A stretch of 63,998 nucleotides of DNA, filler included, from Octopus bimaculoides (Eukaryota): the NCBI RefSeq assembly GCF_001194135.2. It is 5 parts of 4 records of this genome, joined end to end, with 100 filler letters (N's around TTAATTAATTAA, not from the genome) between each part and the next. Parts side by side here need not be neighbours in the genome. Positions count along the whole stretch, not along the records: positions 1 to 28,800 come from NC_068983.1; 4 more parts are not named here. One strand, 5' to 3'. Positions 12,366 through 24,930 of this stretch are shown here, piece after piece. The notes below the pieces were generated by a model. The model had not been told where the DNA came from, did not search any database, and saw only the letters and a list, made by a program, of their open reading frames with translations. The first letter of the stretch is position 1; every line of letters begins with the position of its first letter. Both the position numbers and the translations under genes were made by a program.

Positions 12366-13357
12366 GTATTTTTAAGGGTTGGTCACATGATCGCGGATTT
12401 GTAGAAAGATACCTTGGAAACAACGACGAACTTCCATCGATGGAAACCGTAGTGAATGTGCTTCATTACCCATTTACAAAATTGGAGGTTGTACACAATA
12501 AAAGCCACAGCTTTGTTGGTGGAGACATGCGTGATGCTTCAGTTTCAGCCAGTGATCCTGTGTTCTGGTTACTACATACATTTTATGACTTAGTCTGGGA
12601 TTACTTCTTGAAAGAGAAAGCCGGCTTTGGTAAAGACATAACACAATTATATCCATCTGATGATATCTATCCATTGAACCGTAGTATTAGTTTAATTCCT
12701 GTTACAATAAAACAAGCCATAGAGTTGAATATATTACTCTCCAAGTATGTATATACATTTTCACCGCAACCGGCTTGTAAACTAAACAAACAAGGATGCA
12801 CTTCGCAGTACCTTACGTGTCTAAATGAACAATGCGTTCCATCGAGCAGAGACTGCAACGAAGGTCCTGCCACTGACAATTATTGTAAGTATTACAAGTG
12901 TACAGAGAGCTGGACAATTGTTCCTTTAAATATATCTATATCTTATTCCAATGATGGGCAGCTGTGTGAATCACCATGTAACAATGCATCTCCTATAAAT
13001 TTATACAGTCATGGGTTTAGACAGATGACTATTTATTTGAACTCGACTGTATCAGAAGTGTATGTAGAAGCAGTACTTGAAATGTTTACCTCATTTGAAG
13101 ATATTGCAGTCATGGATTCATGTTCAAATGAATGTGACGCGTATTGTTTGGTAAATGATAAGTACGAGCAATGTTATAAAGTAAAACTTTCTGAAGGTTA
13201 TGAGCATAATATAATTCCCAGCATAAGCGGCAGCAAGGATAACAACAGAAAGAGTAAAACAAGAAAGAGTAATGCACGTAGTAATCTGATATTCAAGTGT
13301 AGTAGTAGTAGTGGTAGTAGTAGCAGCAGCAGCAAGAATAGTAGTATGACAAAATAA
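12366..13357 (+). CDS. Tyrosinase-like gene, terminal exon: CuB site plus Cys-rich C-terminal region
   Basis: Acceptor ttatAG at 12364-12365. G (10623) plus GT gives Gly, in frame with ORF 12440-13357. CuB reads LEVVHNKSHSFVGGDM...SASDPVFWLLHTFYDLVW, followed by Y-x-Y-x-F...P-x-C...C-x-S-x-YL-x-C...C. The three exons total 1251 nt (416 aa + stop). Confidence 0.95.
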
Positions 13358-13692
13358 ATGGTTACGCCGATCCCTCGAAAATTATATGAAATTGCTTCAT
13401 TTCTATCTGTGTTATGAACGTTAATTTGCCATTAAAATATTATTAAACGTGCGATGCAAATATACATTTTATGTTTTAACTTTTAACTGTTTCGTTCATG
13501 TGACTGCAGCCACGGTGAGACAACACCTCGGAGGAATTTCTCGGACTTACTTTATTTTCTATGCTTGTTATTTTTTGTGTAGAATATTTTTGTTTTTTAC
13601 CGTATCGTTTTTACGGAATCGAAAACACATCTGTTGTGAATAGGTCATCAGAGACAAACACTTATAAAATAACAAGCACACTAACTCAGGCG

Positions 13693-13740
<48 letters not shown>

Positions 13741-14548
13741 CACAAACCCCCACACACACACTGATACATGCATATATAAGCACACACATACACATTTACA
13801 TATGGAAGACGGGCTTCTTTCAGTTAGTCGCCCTCAGAATAAAGTAGGAGATTTTTCCCTATACTACCACGTATTGGAACTGATACCGGACCTGAATATC
13901 TAGGAAGCAAACTCTTTAGCGAAAGCCACATCTGCATATTTCATATATTTAATATACATACTAATAATACTATAGTAATTCTGAAATTACATACGTAGCC
14001 AACATTGAGTATATACAAATTCACTCACGTTAACCAATACAAATTTATAAAAATGAAGATACGTTTATATTTATAAATATATACACACTTTCCCCATTAC
14101 TCTCAGAAAAAGAGACATACATAATCAATCGCACAAACACAGGCCCACATATGTGTATGTATTGAATATATAGGAATGTCGTTGTAAATCAATCATTGTT
14201 TGTATATTGGCACTAACATTGAATCACTACGTTGAAATTCTTATTCTATATCTCCATAAGAGCAAAAAGCTATTAAAGTGTGGATGTAAATATTATATAC
14301 AAAAAATTTCATTTACTATTATATTAAACACAAGCAATGGATTTTAAAATCGTCCTTAAGAATCCTGTCATTTAATCGGAACTGTACATACAAACGCCAT
14401 CAAAATAAATTTAAAACATTGCTTATTTTGCTTCTAGTAATATATCTCATACATACTACGTGATTTATAGTTTAAGGAATTAAAAGATAAATTAAAATGA
14501 TAAAACTAATTCCCCCCCCCTCTCTCTCTCTATCTCTCCCCCTCTCTC

Positions 14549-14587
<39 letters not shown>

Positions 14588-15249
14588 ACTACACTTTTTG
14601 CTCTCAAGCTACCACCAAGGCTCAGTCAGCTTTATTTAGCAATTGAGATCACATTTCTTTTCATTTCAAGTACATACTTGTATGCTATTCATAGAACTCT
14701 CTATTTGATATCTGTTGATATATCTGTAGACACATCTATCTACCTATCTATTTAATTTTATTATCTTTCCAGTTTCTATGTACTCTTATAATACCAATAA
14801 ATATTTAAACCAAATAACTTAAAGACATTTGAATAATGGCCGCGCCCCAACATGGCCACTGTCTCTGGTCGGCAATACAGGAACTGCAATACAGAAACGC
14901 GTAGATATTTCAGACTCTTAGAAAATGACAAAAACATACGCAAATTACCACGAAAATATCCTTTATTTTTACATTTGTTGTCTAGAATATTTTAATTATA
15001 GCCAAGGTTAGTAACATTAGTTGGCATATTTTTACAGTGAAACATATTTATTCTTTCTTGATCTAAATTACTATGTAGAAATATAGCGAAAATAAAGAAA
15101 AATGTTTACATCGTGTGAAAGTCATCCTGCCAATAAGAAACCCAGAGGATATAACTATTCCCCATATCTCATAATTATTAACCAAGCTGTTAGCCAGTTA
15201 AGCCATTGATTATTTTTTATTGACGTGTAATTGTGAGTGTTCTATCAGC

Positions 15250-16322
15250 ACAGACGATACTGTTATTTTAACGTCAGGAGGAGGCTTTCTCCCGCTGGTT
15301 TGTCAGTGCGTTTTGCGCTCGATATTTATTGCAGGCGGTGGGCGAATTCCATTCCATTCTATTGTTGCTACAGATCACCAGGTCACGTGATTTCCACTTC
15401 ATTTAGTTCATCTTCAGTGATGGATTCTCGTCTGCTAGACATAGCAATAGTTCACTCCAGAACAGTGCTACACAGTTCCTGATTTTGCAATTAGCAAACT
15501 AACTCCTTAAGAAAATCTCTATTTGAGTCGACAGCAGTAATTATACTGAGAAGTAATTTTATTGCCATCTAAATGTGGGTGATAGATAAGAACAGACGAT
15601 ACTGCTATTTTAACTCCAGGAGGACACCTCTTCCAGCTGGTTATTCATAGCACTTTGCACTCGATATACATTGCTAATGGGGAGCGAATTCCTTACTATT
15701 TTAGCGCTAGGACCACTAGCTCACGGGATTTCGACTTCATTTTGGTCAACCTCAGTGATGCATACACATCTACCTGACATAGCAGTAGTTCACCCCAGCT
15801 TGAAATATTTAGAAAAGCTGTGTAACACAGTCATTGATTTTGCAATTAGCAAACTAGCTCCTTAATAAAATCTGTGACTGCATCTCTATATATTGCCAGC
15901 TGGTATGAATTACTGCCATGTCTAACATAAGAATTTCCGTCGCTGGAAGTGATCAACATGAGGTCGATTAACTGTGATCTGGTGATCTGAGGGCTAGAAT
16001 AGTAGGGTGGTTTCACCCCGCTTACAATATATTTCGAGTGCAAGGCGGCGAGCTTGCAGAAACGTTAGTACGCCGGGAGAAATGCTTACCGGCATTTCGT
16101 GTGTCTTTGCGTCTTGAGTTCAAATTCCACCGTGGTCGACTTTGCCGTACGTCCTTTCGAGGTTGATAAATTAAATACCAATTGTGTACTTGGTTCGATC
16201 TAATACACGTCCCCCTCCCCCAAAATGTCGGGCGTTGTGCTTAGAGTAGAAACGAATACATTTCGAGTGCGAAGCGCATTGAATAACCAGCTGGAGCAGG
16301 TGTCATCCTGGGGTTAAAATAA
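15250..16322. repeat. Three diverged copies of a ~280-340 bp unit arranged forward, forward, inverted
   Basis: 15250-15520 and 15593-15872 share both ends (cagacgatactg...; gattttgcaattagcaaacta). 15895-16322, after removing the SINE, is the reverse complement of copy 2 (e.g. gaataaccagctgg...cctggggttaaaata). Confidence 0.75.
16042..16254 (+). mobile_element. tRNA-derived SINE, family A, with 16-bp TSD
   Basis: A-box-like ggcggcgagcttgcagaa and B-box gagttcaaattcc. TSD aata(t/c)atttcgagtgc at 16026-16041 and 16255-16270. About ten related copies are present in the window. Confidence 0.9.
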
Positions 16323-17747
16323 TATATTTTTTGTTCTGATAAAACACCCACGTTTAGGTGACGATAAATATTACTTTTCTGTGTAAAAACTACTTACATC
16401 TCTAACAGAGATTCTCTTTGGCTAGTTAGCTATCAATTGATCGTTTTCTAGATTAACCATTTAGTCTACTACTCAACCAAATACCTTCCTCAGTCTTGGA
16501 GTAGCAAGGACAAATGGATCGGGTCACGAATGATGGCGACAGGACAGATAAAATATTTCCTCGATAGACCGAATAATAATTAAACGATCAAAACTTTATT
16601 TAGTAAAATGTAATAAAAATAAGGCGAGATAGAAACAGTATGAGGTTCGTATCACCATTGAGCACCGTCAAAAAATATTGCTGAAACAACAGAATTTGTT
16701 TCGAAGCTAGATTTCATATAACAATTCTTGAAAAGCAAAAGCTAAAAGGGGATATGGCAAACTATTTATCAGAGCGCATAACCGGACAATATTTTAGTTT
16801 TCTACATTGAAAAGACAGCTAGATCTTTTTATATTAATAATAATAATAATTATTATTATTATTATTTCAAAGATATACATCGTTTCACGAAAGAAGCTAT
16901 AGATGAGTACATGGTATTTAGATTTTTAATATAGCAAATTATTTCAATAAATTTGAAAAAAATTATTGCAAATATAATAACTTTGCCGATATTAAAATTA
17001 CAAAATTATACACACACGTTTATATGTGTATGTATATATATATATATNNNNNNNNNNNNNNNNNNNNNNNNNNNNNNNNNNNNNNNNNNNNNNNNNNNNN
17101 NNNNNNNNNNNNNNNNNNNNNNNNNNNNNNNNNNNNNNNNNNNNNNNNNNNNNNNNNNNNNNNNNNNNNNNNNNNNNNNNNNNNNNNNNNNNNNNNNNNN
17201 NNNNNNNNNNNNNNNNNNNNNNNNNNNNNNNNNNNNNNNNNNNNNNNNNNNNNNNNNNNNNNNNNNNNNNNNNNNNNNNNNNNNNNNNNNNNNNNNNNNN
17301 NNNNNNNNNNNNNNNNNNNNNNNNNNNNNNNNNNNNNNNNNNNNNNNNNNNNNNNNNNNNNNNNNNNNNNNNNNNNNACCTTTTCAATAGTTTTGACTCT
17401 GTTCGTTATTTACACTGCATTCCTTTTTGTTTGTTTGTGTGCATGTGTTTGGATTACTGTGTGTGTCTGTGTGTGTCTATACATGCATGCATGTATGTAT
17501 GTATATATGTATGTATGTATGTATGTAAGTATGTATGTATGTAAGTATGTATGTGTGTATGCATGTATGGGTGTGTACATATGTATCCATTCATGTGTGT
17601 ACATTTGTATGTATATATTCTGCATATTCATGTGGTTGCATGTCCGTGTTTGGGTTTTTTTAATGTATTTGCATGTTTGTGTGTGTATTTGTATATGTGA
17701 GTATCTCTATCTCCTTGTGTGTGCATGTCTGAGTGTGTGTGCGTGTG

Positions 17748-17779
<32 letters not shown>

Positions 17780-18343
17780 ATTTGCAACTATGTACCTTGT
17801 TTGTATGTATAGACGTGCATCTTCATATATGTGGATGTGTGCCTCCATATGTGTCCTTGGTTGTTCATATAACTTTCAAAATGATAAAAAGGTATTATAT
17901 AAGATAAATGTGCAAAAAGTACATAAAACAATTTTCATGTAATATTGATACTTATTACAGTACTAAGACGAGGATCTAGGAGAGTCGTTAACACGCAGGG
18001 GTGAAAGCTTCATGGCAATTACTTTGTCTCTACATTCTTAGTCCAAATTCCGCTCATGCTATCATTGTCTTTTTTTAAAATCTTTTGGTACTCAGCAGAG
18101 CACGGAGGTTGATGTAATCAACTTCCTTCCTTTCCAGAATTCATGGCCAATAACCCGGAAATCAACTTCAGGGAAATACACGCAACTCTGCATACATACT
18201 TTCGTATACACACAAATACATACAAGTAAATTTTTAAAACGCCCCTGAACGGAAACAAAGGTGACTATGACGAATACCTAGCTTTAAGGAGAAAGGAGAT
18301 AAGATGACAAGAATAAACACACACACACACATACATACATACA

Positions 18344-18377
<34 letters not shown>

Positions 18378-18378
<1 letters not shown>

Positions 18379-18736
18379 GTAGCAGCGGGTAAGACTACGC
18401 GCCTGCCATTGGTCAGTTAAAGTTTAGACAGTGTCACGTGACAACTTGCTGGGGCTGCCTGCTGGAGCCTAGCAGTGGGTATGTAAAGGGAAGTTTGACT
18501 AGACAGTCAGTCGGCCGCTGGCACTCGTTGACGCTGCATCGAGGAGGCCAGGAAACAGAAGAAAGCAGGAGTAAGACATGCACTCAACACAAGAGCTGAA
18601 GACACCTCCGAAAGAGGAGTAGGGGCCGGAACTGAACGTGGTTCCTCCTGATGTTGTCTTGAGCTAGCTGGCTCCTATAAAGGAGCTGTTGTGGTAGCAG
18701 ACCACAAAGCATGGTTGAAGTTCCTCTATACGTACA
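18378..18736. mobile_element. Candidate solo LTR
   Basis: GC-rich ~360-bp island in AT-rich DNA. Starts TGTAG directly after a (TA)n run, ends ...TACA, and has an internal TATAAA near 18677. The TSD is ambiguous (tata/taca). Confidence 0.35.
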
Positions 18737-20152
18737 TACACATTGCAGAAAAATGTTACCGAGGTTTAAAGTTTTCATCTAATCAGAAAACAGGATTTAG
18801 AAGCTAGCATTTTCTGCATGATAGTTGTGCATCACAAAATCAAAGCAAAATCATCATAATTGGAAGAATTTTTATTAAAGAAACGAAAGCGAAGCATTAC
18901 AACGACCAGAGTTCTAAGAACATCTGAGGTTTTAGAAGTTTCTTTGTGTTTGCTTTTAAACTTTAATTCAATATCAAGATTAGCAGAATTTAGATTATTA
19001 CTTCTTAGTGTAAATTGAAAAGGGTTTCGCTTTCAGATACTATGATTGGAGTTTCAGAGTAACAGGATTAATTTTTTAAAATTTTCTTTTTACTTTTCAG
19101 TCAAGTTGAAAAGAACAGTAGCTGAATTACAGGCTTTATTTTTATTTTGCATGAATTTCGACTAACAAACTAATTTCCTAAAAAGGGCAGGTGGCTCCTC
19201 CTGCCTTACGGTGGATGCATTGGCTATTTTTGCATTAAAGAACAAAAACTTTTTATTAGCCATGGCTTTACAATTCATATAATCAGATTATCTTCATTCT
19301 ATATAGTTCACATGTTCTCATATCGTTTCTTGCTAGCTCTTCTTACTAAATATAGATATACCTCATTTATTTCTTGATTTTATAATAATATTAGTATTAC
19401 AATAATAATCGTTATTATATACAAAATTATCTTTCACAATGAATTTTCGCACTTTCTATTTTGGCGCGTTCGTTGTTTCTTTCAATGAGCAGACCTGAGG
19501 TTTCTAGTAATGCTGTTCAGAAAAAGCAAATGAGTGGGTTGTTTCTCGTTCCTTACTGTGGGTACAATGGCTAGTTTTGCATTGTTTTGATCATATTTAT
19601 ATTAGGCAATGCAAAGAAACCCCGTCCAAATAACTGTTTTAGAATTTCGGGAAAAATATGTGAGAATTGAAATAAAACAGAATTCTTATTTTAATTCAAT
19701 GATCATTGATGAAAAGTAATTCAAATGTTTTTTTTTTAAATAATATTTATTAGTTGTGTCTGGGAAGAGTCATTTTCTTTTTGAGCCTTAGAATTTAACA
19801 CGCTCACTGGTAAAATTTCCACTTATTTCTTATTGAAAAGGTTGCAAGATGCAACGACATTTTTAGGAAAATAAAAATAAGAAATAAGTGGAAATTTAAC
19901 GGTGAGTGTCTAAAATTATAAGGCACAAAAAGAAAATGACTTTCCCCAGTCACAACAAAATGCGCTTCAATACACGAACTCACATAAAGAATCCTGCAAA
20001 CCCAAAACCAAAAACGAAATATTTATTAGATTTATTCCAGTGCCTGGGAAAAGGGGGATTACAATGAAAAATGCGGGCTCATGCACGTTAATATGCTTAC
20101 GTTATTACACCTGGAAACGTACAGAGCAAGATCTCCACAGTAAAATTTAACC

Positions 20153-20803
20153 TAATTCGTCACATCTAAAGGAAGCTAAAAGGTACTTAACATTAAAATT
20201 CTACTGTACTTAAAATAATGCAACCGAGAATAACATTTTTGAAAATAAAATATATATCAGGTAAATTTGAGATAATTTATTTTATTTATTATGAGAATTT
20301 AAAAGACAAGCAAATATTTAAAAACATGGTATAAAAATAATCATGGTATAAAAAAATAAGTTTAAACAGGCAATTATTTTATAAATCATGTCTTTTGAAA
20401 TATACAATTAAAATTATCGTAATTATTCTATAGCTAATTCGTTATTTCACCGAATTCGTCACTTTCATTTTTCTGGTAGTGATGACTAATTAGACGATTT
20501 CTGCGGTATATTTTAAAAATTGCTTTTGCTTTTTCTAAAAATATGCCCATGGGCTTCAATACAGACTTAAATAATTTTGCTCAAATCATTTTTCAATGAG
20601 AATAATACAAAGTACTGGGGTTATACATGAAAAGAGTCTCTAAGTAAAAGCACAGAGGTTTAACATCGGAGGGGTTATTTTTGGAAATTTTGATTGATAA
20701 AATGTAGGAAAGTTTAAAAACTATATTCTCGGTAGCAAAATTTTAAGTAACATAGAATTTCAATTTCAAGCACTGTTTAGTTTACTTTAGAGGTGACGAA
20801 TTA
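20153..20803. mobile_element. MITE-like element with short TIRs
   Basis: taattcgtcacatctaaag at 20153 versus ctttagaggtgacgaatta ending at 20803 (18 of 19 complementary). A third partial terminus lies near 20454. Confidence 0.5.
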
Positions 20804-21448
20804 AGCAAATTCTATTGTAGAAATCTTGTTCTGTAGTTCTCCAGGTGTAATAACTTAAGATTAAGAATATTAACATGCATGCGCCTGAATTTTTGCATTG
20901 AAATTCGTATGTATATATATATATATATATATNNNNNNNNNNNNNNNNNNNNNNNNNNNNNNNNNNNNNNNNNNNNNNNNNNNNNNNNNNNNNNNNNNNN
21001 NNNNNNNNNNNNAGAGGTATGTCCATACCGACATCCACCTGTATGTATAGGTGCATATCTGGGTACAGGACATTGCAAACAAAACGTAGACGAGAAAACA
21101 CACAAGCCACATAGAGAACATTTTCCTTCATCAGCTAACCCCGTTTTAACACCGGCGTTTCGAAGAGCTGGGTAGGACGTATCGCTAAAACGGCTCTTCC
21201 CATGGACCGCAAATTAAATTTGTATACACAAATTAAACCTTGCCATAGAGGAATGTAGTGACGGACAAAAAACAAGACAGGAAAACAGACAGAAAAGGCT
21301 ATACGGCTAGACGAGAAAAAATATGTGTATGAACGCTGTGAGGCACGAACTTGAAAGTGGGAACGAAGTAAGTTCGGGTGTTTGCTCGGCGATAGCCAAG
21401 GAAGAAAAGTATTATTGACCGGAAGCATGTGACCATGCCGGTGTAAGG

Positions 21449-21520
<72 letters not shown>

Positions 21521-23379
21521 TAGAGGGAAGAAAGGCACCTCTAGAAAAATTGTATTTTTCAAATGAAATATTTAATGTATGTATGTCGTTGAAAGGACGC
21601 AAACTACAATATTTCCTCCAGTACTAAATGACTTCTTTTGATGTTATGTGATGATAGAAAGCACGACAAATTTCGACCCGAAAATGAACGAGAGTGAGAA
21701 ACGTAGGCATTTCTCAAGTGTTGCACTTCTCCATGTCCCGTTCTACCGAGATCTAAGTGTATAATGATAGTTGGTGAGTTCTAGGTATATAATGATAGTG
21801 TATAAACAATAGATAAACCGCGTTAATTGCGAAATGCGTGTCTGTCGCTCACGCAGGCGCTCCTGTATGAAAATTCATTTGATCAGATTTATAGTGTTCT
21901 ATTTAACACACTACGTATTAAAAAAATATTGTGTGTGCGTAATATATATACATATACGGATATATCTACTAACATATGCATATGTATGCACACGTATATA
22001 CATATATAAGTAGGGGTTACATAGTTTAGTATATCATATATCATTATAGCACATACTCTTGATGTTCAGAGTTATACTTTTATGATTCGCACATTATGGT
22101 GCTCTACCAAACGACATTGTATATTACATAGGTTGTAAAAAATTCCAATCTGCTTCAGTTACATCAAATGAAGTGTTTACCACCTGAATTAATATATCGA
22201 GGTATTTCGTGACAGTGATGTAAGCTAACTTATTAAAAAATATAAATATTATCATCTTATGTTACAAACACATCTGTAGTTGTATGTATGTATCTTTCTC
22301 TCTCTCTCCGTATATATANNNNNNNNNNNNNNNNNNNNNNNNNNNNNNNNNNNNNNNNNNNNNNNNNNNNNNNNNNNNNNNNNNNNNNNNNNNNNNNNNN
22401 NNNNNNNNNNNNNNNNNNNNNNNNNNNNNNNNNNNNNNNNNNNNNNNNNNNNNNNNNNNNNNNNNNNNNNNNNNNNNNNNNNNNNNNNNNNNNNNNNNNN
22501 NNNNNNNNNNNNNNNNNNNNNNNNNNNNNNNNNNNNNNNNNNNNNNNNNNNNNNNNNNNNNNNNNNNNNNNNNNNNNNNNNNNNNNNNNNNNNNNNNNNN
22601 NNNNNNNNNNNNNNNNNNNNNNNNNNNNNNNNNNNNNNNNNNNNNNNNNNNNNNNNNNNNNNNNNNNNNNNNNNNNNNNNNNNNNNNNNNNNNNNNNNNN
22701 NNNNNNNNNNNNNNNNNNNNNNNNNNNNNNNNNNNNNNNNNNNNNNNNNNNNNNNNNNNNNNNNNNNNNNNNNNNNNNNNNNNNNNNNNNNNNNNNNNNN
22801 NNNNNNNNNNNNNNNNNNNNNNNNNNNNNNNNNNNNNNNNNNNNNNNNNNNNNNNNNNNNNNNNNNNNNNNNNNNNNNNNNNNNNNNNNNNNNNNNNNNN
22901 NNNNNNNNNNNNNNNNNNNNNNNNNNNNNNNNNNNNNNNNNNNNNNNNNNNNNNNNNNNNNNNNNNNNNNNNNNNNNNNNNNNNNNNNNNNNNNNNNNNN
23001 NNNNNNNNNNNNNNNNNNNNNNNNNNNNNNNNNNNNNNNNNNNNNNNNNNNNNNNNNNNNNNNNNNNNNNNNNNNNNNNNNNNNNNNNNNNNNNNNNNNN
23101 NNNNNNNNNNNNNNNNNNNNNNNNNNNNNNNNNNNNNNNNNNNNNNNNNNNNNNNNNNNNNNNNNNNNNNNNNNNNNNNNNNNNNNNNNNNNNNNNNNNN
23201 NNNNNNNTATATATATATATATATATATATGTATATGCATATATATATGTATATATATGTATGTGCGTGTGTGTTTTGGTGTGCGTGTATATGCGTGAGA
23301 ATTGGGTTGAGGAATAATTCATTAGCGCTTATTTCAAAATTATAACATGCAAAAATAAAATACATAAGCAAAAATTGTT

Positions 23380-23465
23380 TTGTCATGGTTTCGCGCTTCA
23401 AAAACATCAATTTTGAACTCACAGGCGGATTACATCTCAGTTGGCCAATTGAGTTCGATGAACCT
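23380..23465 (+). pseudogene. Mariner transposase N-terminal (HTH) fragment
   Basis: W/F-RFKNINFEL...SWPIEFDE matches the mariner WFxRFKxGxFDLED...GRPxxxD segment. A TIR-like ttgggttgaggaataattc lies near 23303. Confidence 0.6.
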
Positions 23466-23569
23466 AATCAATTGTGTGTATGTTGTTCACCACAGTTTTT
23501 ATGTCTGTTTGGTTGTTTCTATCTCTATGCATCTGCTTCGCCAATTTTCTGCTCGTTTGACGTGGATTT

Positions 23570-23795
23570 TGGTGAAGTTGATACAATCGATCTTGACCGA
23601 ACTACTTTTTCGAAGCGCGAAAACCAACCGCCGGCCGTACTTAGAGCTATTACTCGTTCTCCATACACAGCAGAAGTCGCACGTGCATCTTCGGCGGGCT
23701 TAACACCTCGATTAAATAAAAAAAAAAGAAGCAATTAGTGTCAAATATGGTATGCTCAGTTTTGTGCACTTTGATATTCCATTTTAATGAGCAGA
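23570..23795 (-). pseudogene. Mariner transposase 5' fragment, inverted relative to 23380-23465
   Basis: The minus strand reads MEYQ...LLFFLFNRGVKPAEDARATSAVYGERVIALSTAGGWFSRFEK, the typical mariner N-terminus, with stops. Confidence 0.7.
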
Positions 23796-24555
23796 AAATA
23801 CACACTACACTAAAACATACAACAAATTAAAAAATCGAAATCCACTATCTTGAAGAGCAAAGAAATTTTCTTTCAAATAACGTAAAAAAGTTTTGTTGCA
23901 TTTCGGTATGGTCATTTACTTATTTATTTATTTTTGCCAAATAAACACACGTACTATTTCTTTCTTCACTCGTTTATTATTATTACTGTGTTATTTTAAC
24001 GCCTATTCATTGGCCGGAAATCTTTCATCACACATCTGTGACCTCTTCATCGACACTTTTCATTTCCGTGTGTGTTCTTGCTCCACAGTGGACCAAAGTA
24101 AGTAAGTGCAAAGAATCAAAGCACATGAAAGAGAAAGCTGCACGAATATCCGTAAGTAGAAATTACGAGACATAATATAATAAAACCATTGATTACATGA
24201 TTTCTCGGTGCAGGGTCTCATATGAAGATCCTATGTGTATTGGACATTAGACAAAACTACAGCTGTCAACTAGAAATATAAATATAGAAGCAAATAGATA
24301 TAGATACAAATAGAAATAGGTATAAATATAAATAGATATTCCTGTTCGGATTATCAAAGCGATGATACCGAATATTTAAGTCTGTTGATAGAAAATGCGA
24401 TCACACCTGACCTAAATATAAACAAGTTGGAATTTATTATTTTTAAAGATGCAGAAATGGCAATAAATGTTATCGAAGTAAGGTATATCTTTCGATTATA
24501 ATACCTGACGTACTGGATACGACTGAAAATGTTTTCAAATTGAAAAATAGTTGCC

Positions 24556-24930
24556 GGCGTGGTTGTTTGGTGAGAAGCGTGCTTCCCAAATACACGGTCA
24601 CAGGTTCAGTTCCACTGTGTGGCAACTTGCATAAGCGCCTTCTGCTCTAGCCTCGAGTCGACTGAAACCCTGTAAGTGGAATTGGTAGACAGAAACTGAA
24701 GGAAGCCCGTCACCTATATGTGTGTGTGTGTACGTGTGTGTGGTTGTGCGTGTGTATGTGTGTGTGTGTGTGCCGTGTGCGTGTGTGTATGTCAGAGAGA
24801 CAGACACACAGACATAGAGAGAGAGTGTTTGTGTTTGTGTTTGTCCCCCAATCGCTTGAAAGCCAGTGTTGGTGTGTATATGTCCCTGTTTACTCAGCTG
24901 TTCAGCATAAGACACCGATAGGATAGCTAC
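24556..24930 (+). mobile_element. tRNA-derived SINE, family B (CORE-like), with internal (GT)n
   Basis: ggcgtggttgtttggtgagaag...ggttcagttccactg head and ggtagacagaaactgaaggaagcccgtc body, shared with 56715-56950 and 62600-62760. Confidence 0.8.

Noticed and set aside
12366-13357. Hemocyanin functional unit
   Set aside because: No C-x-H thioether motif at CuA, a single unit only, and tyrosinase-type AHGGP and C-terminal Cys motifs.
16042-16135. tRNA gene calls at SINE heads (all families)
   Set aside because: A/B boxes only, with no complete cloverleaf; followed by SINE bodies and flanked by TSDs.
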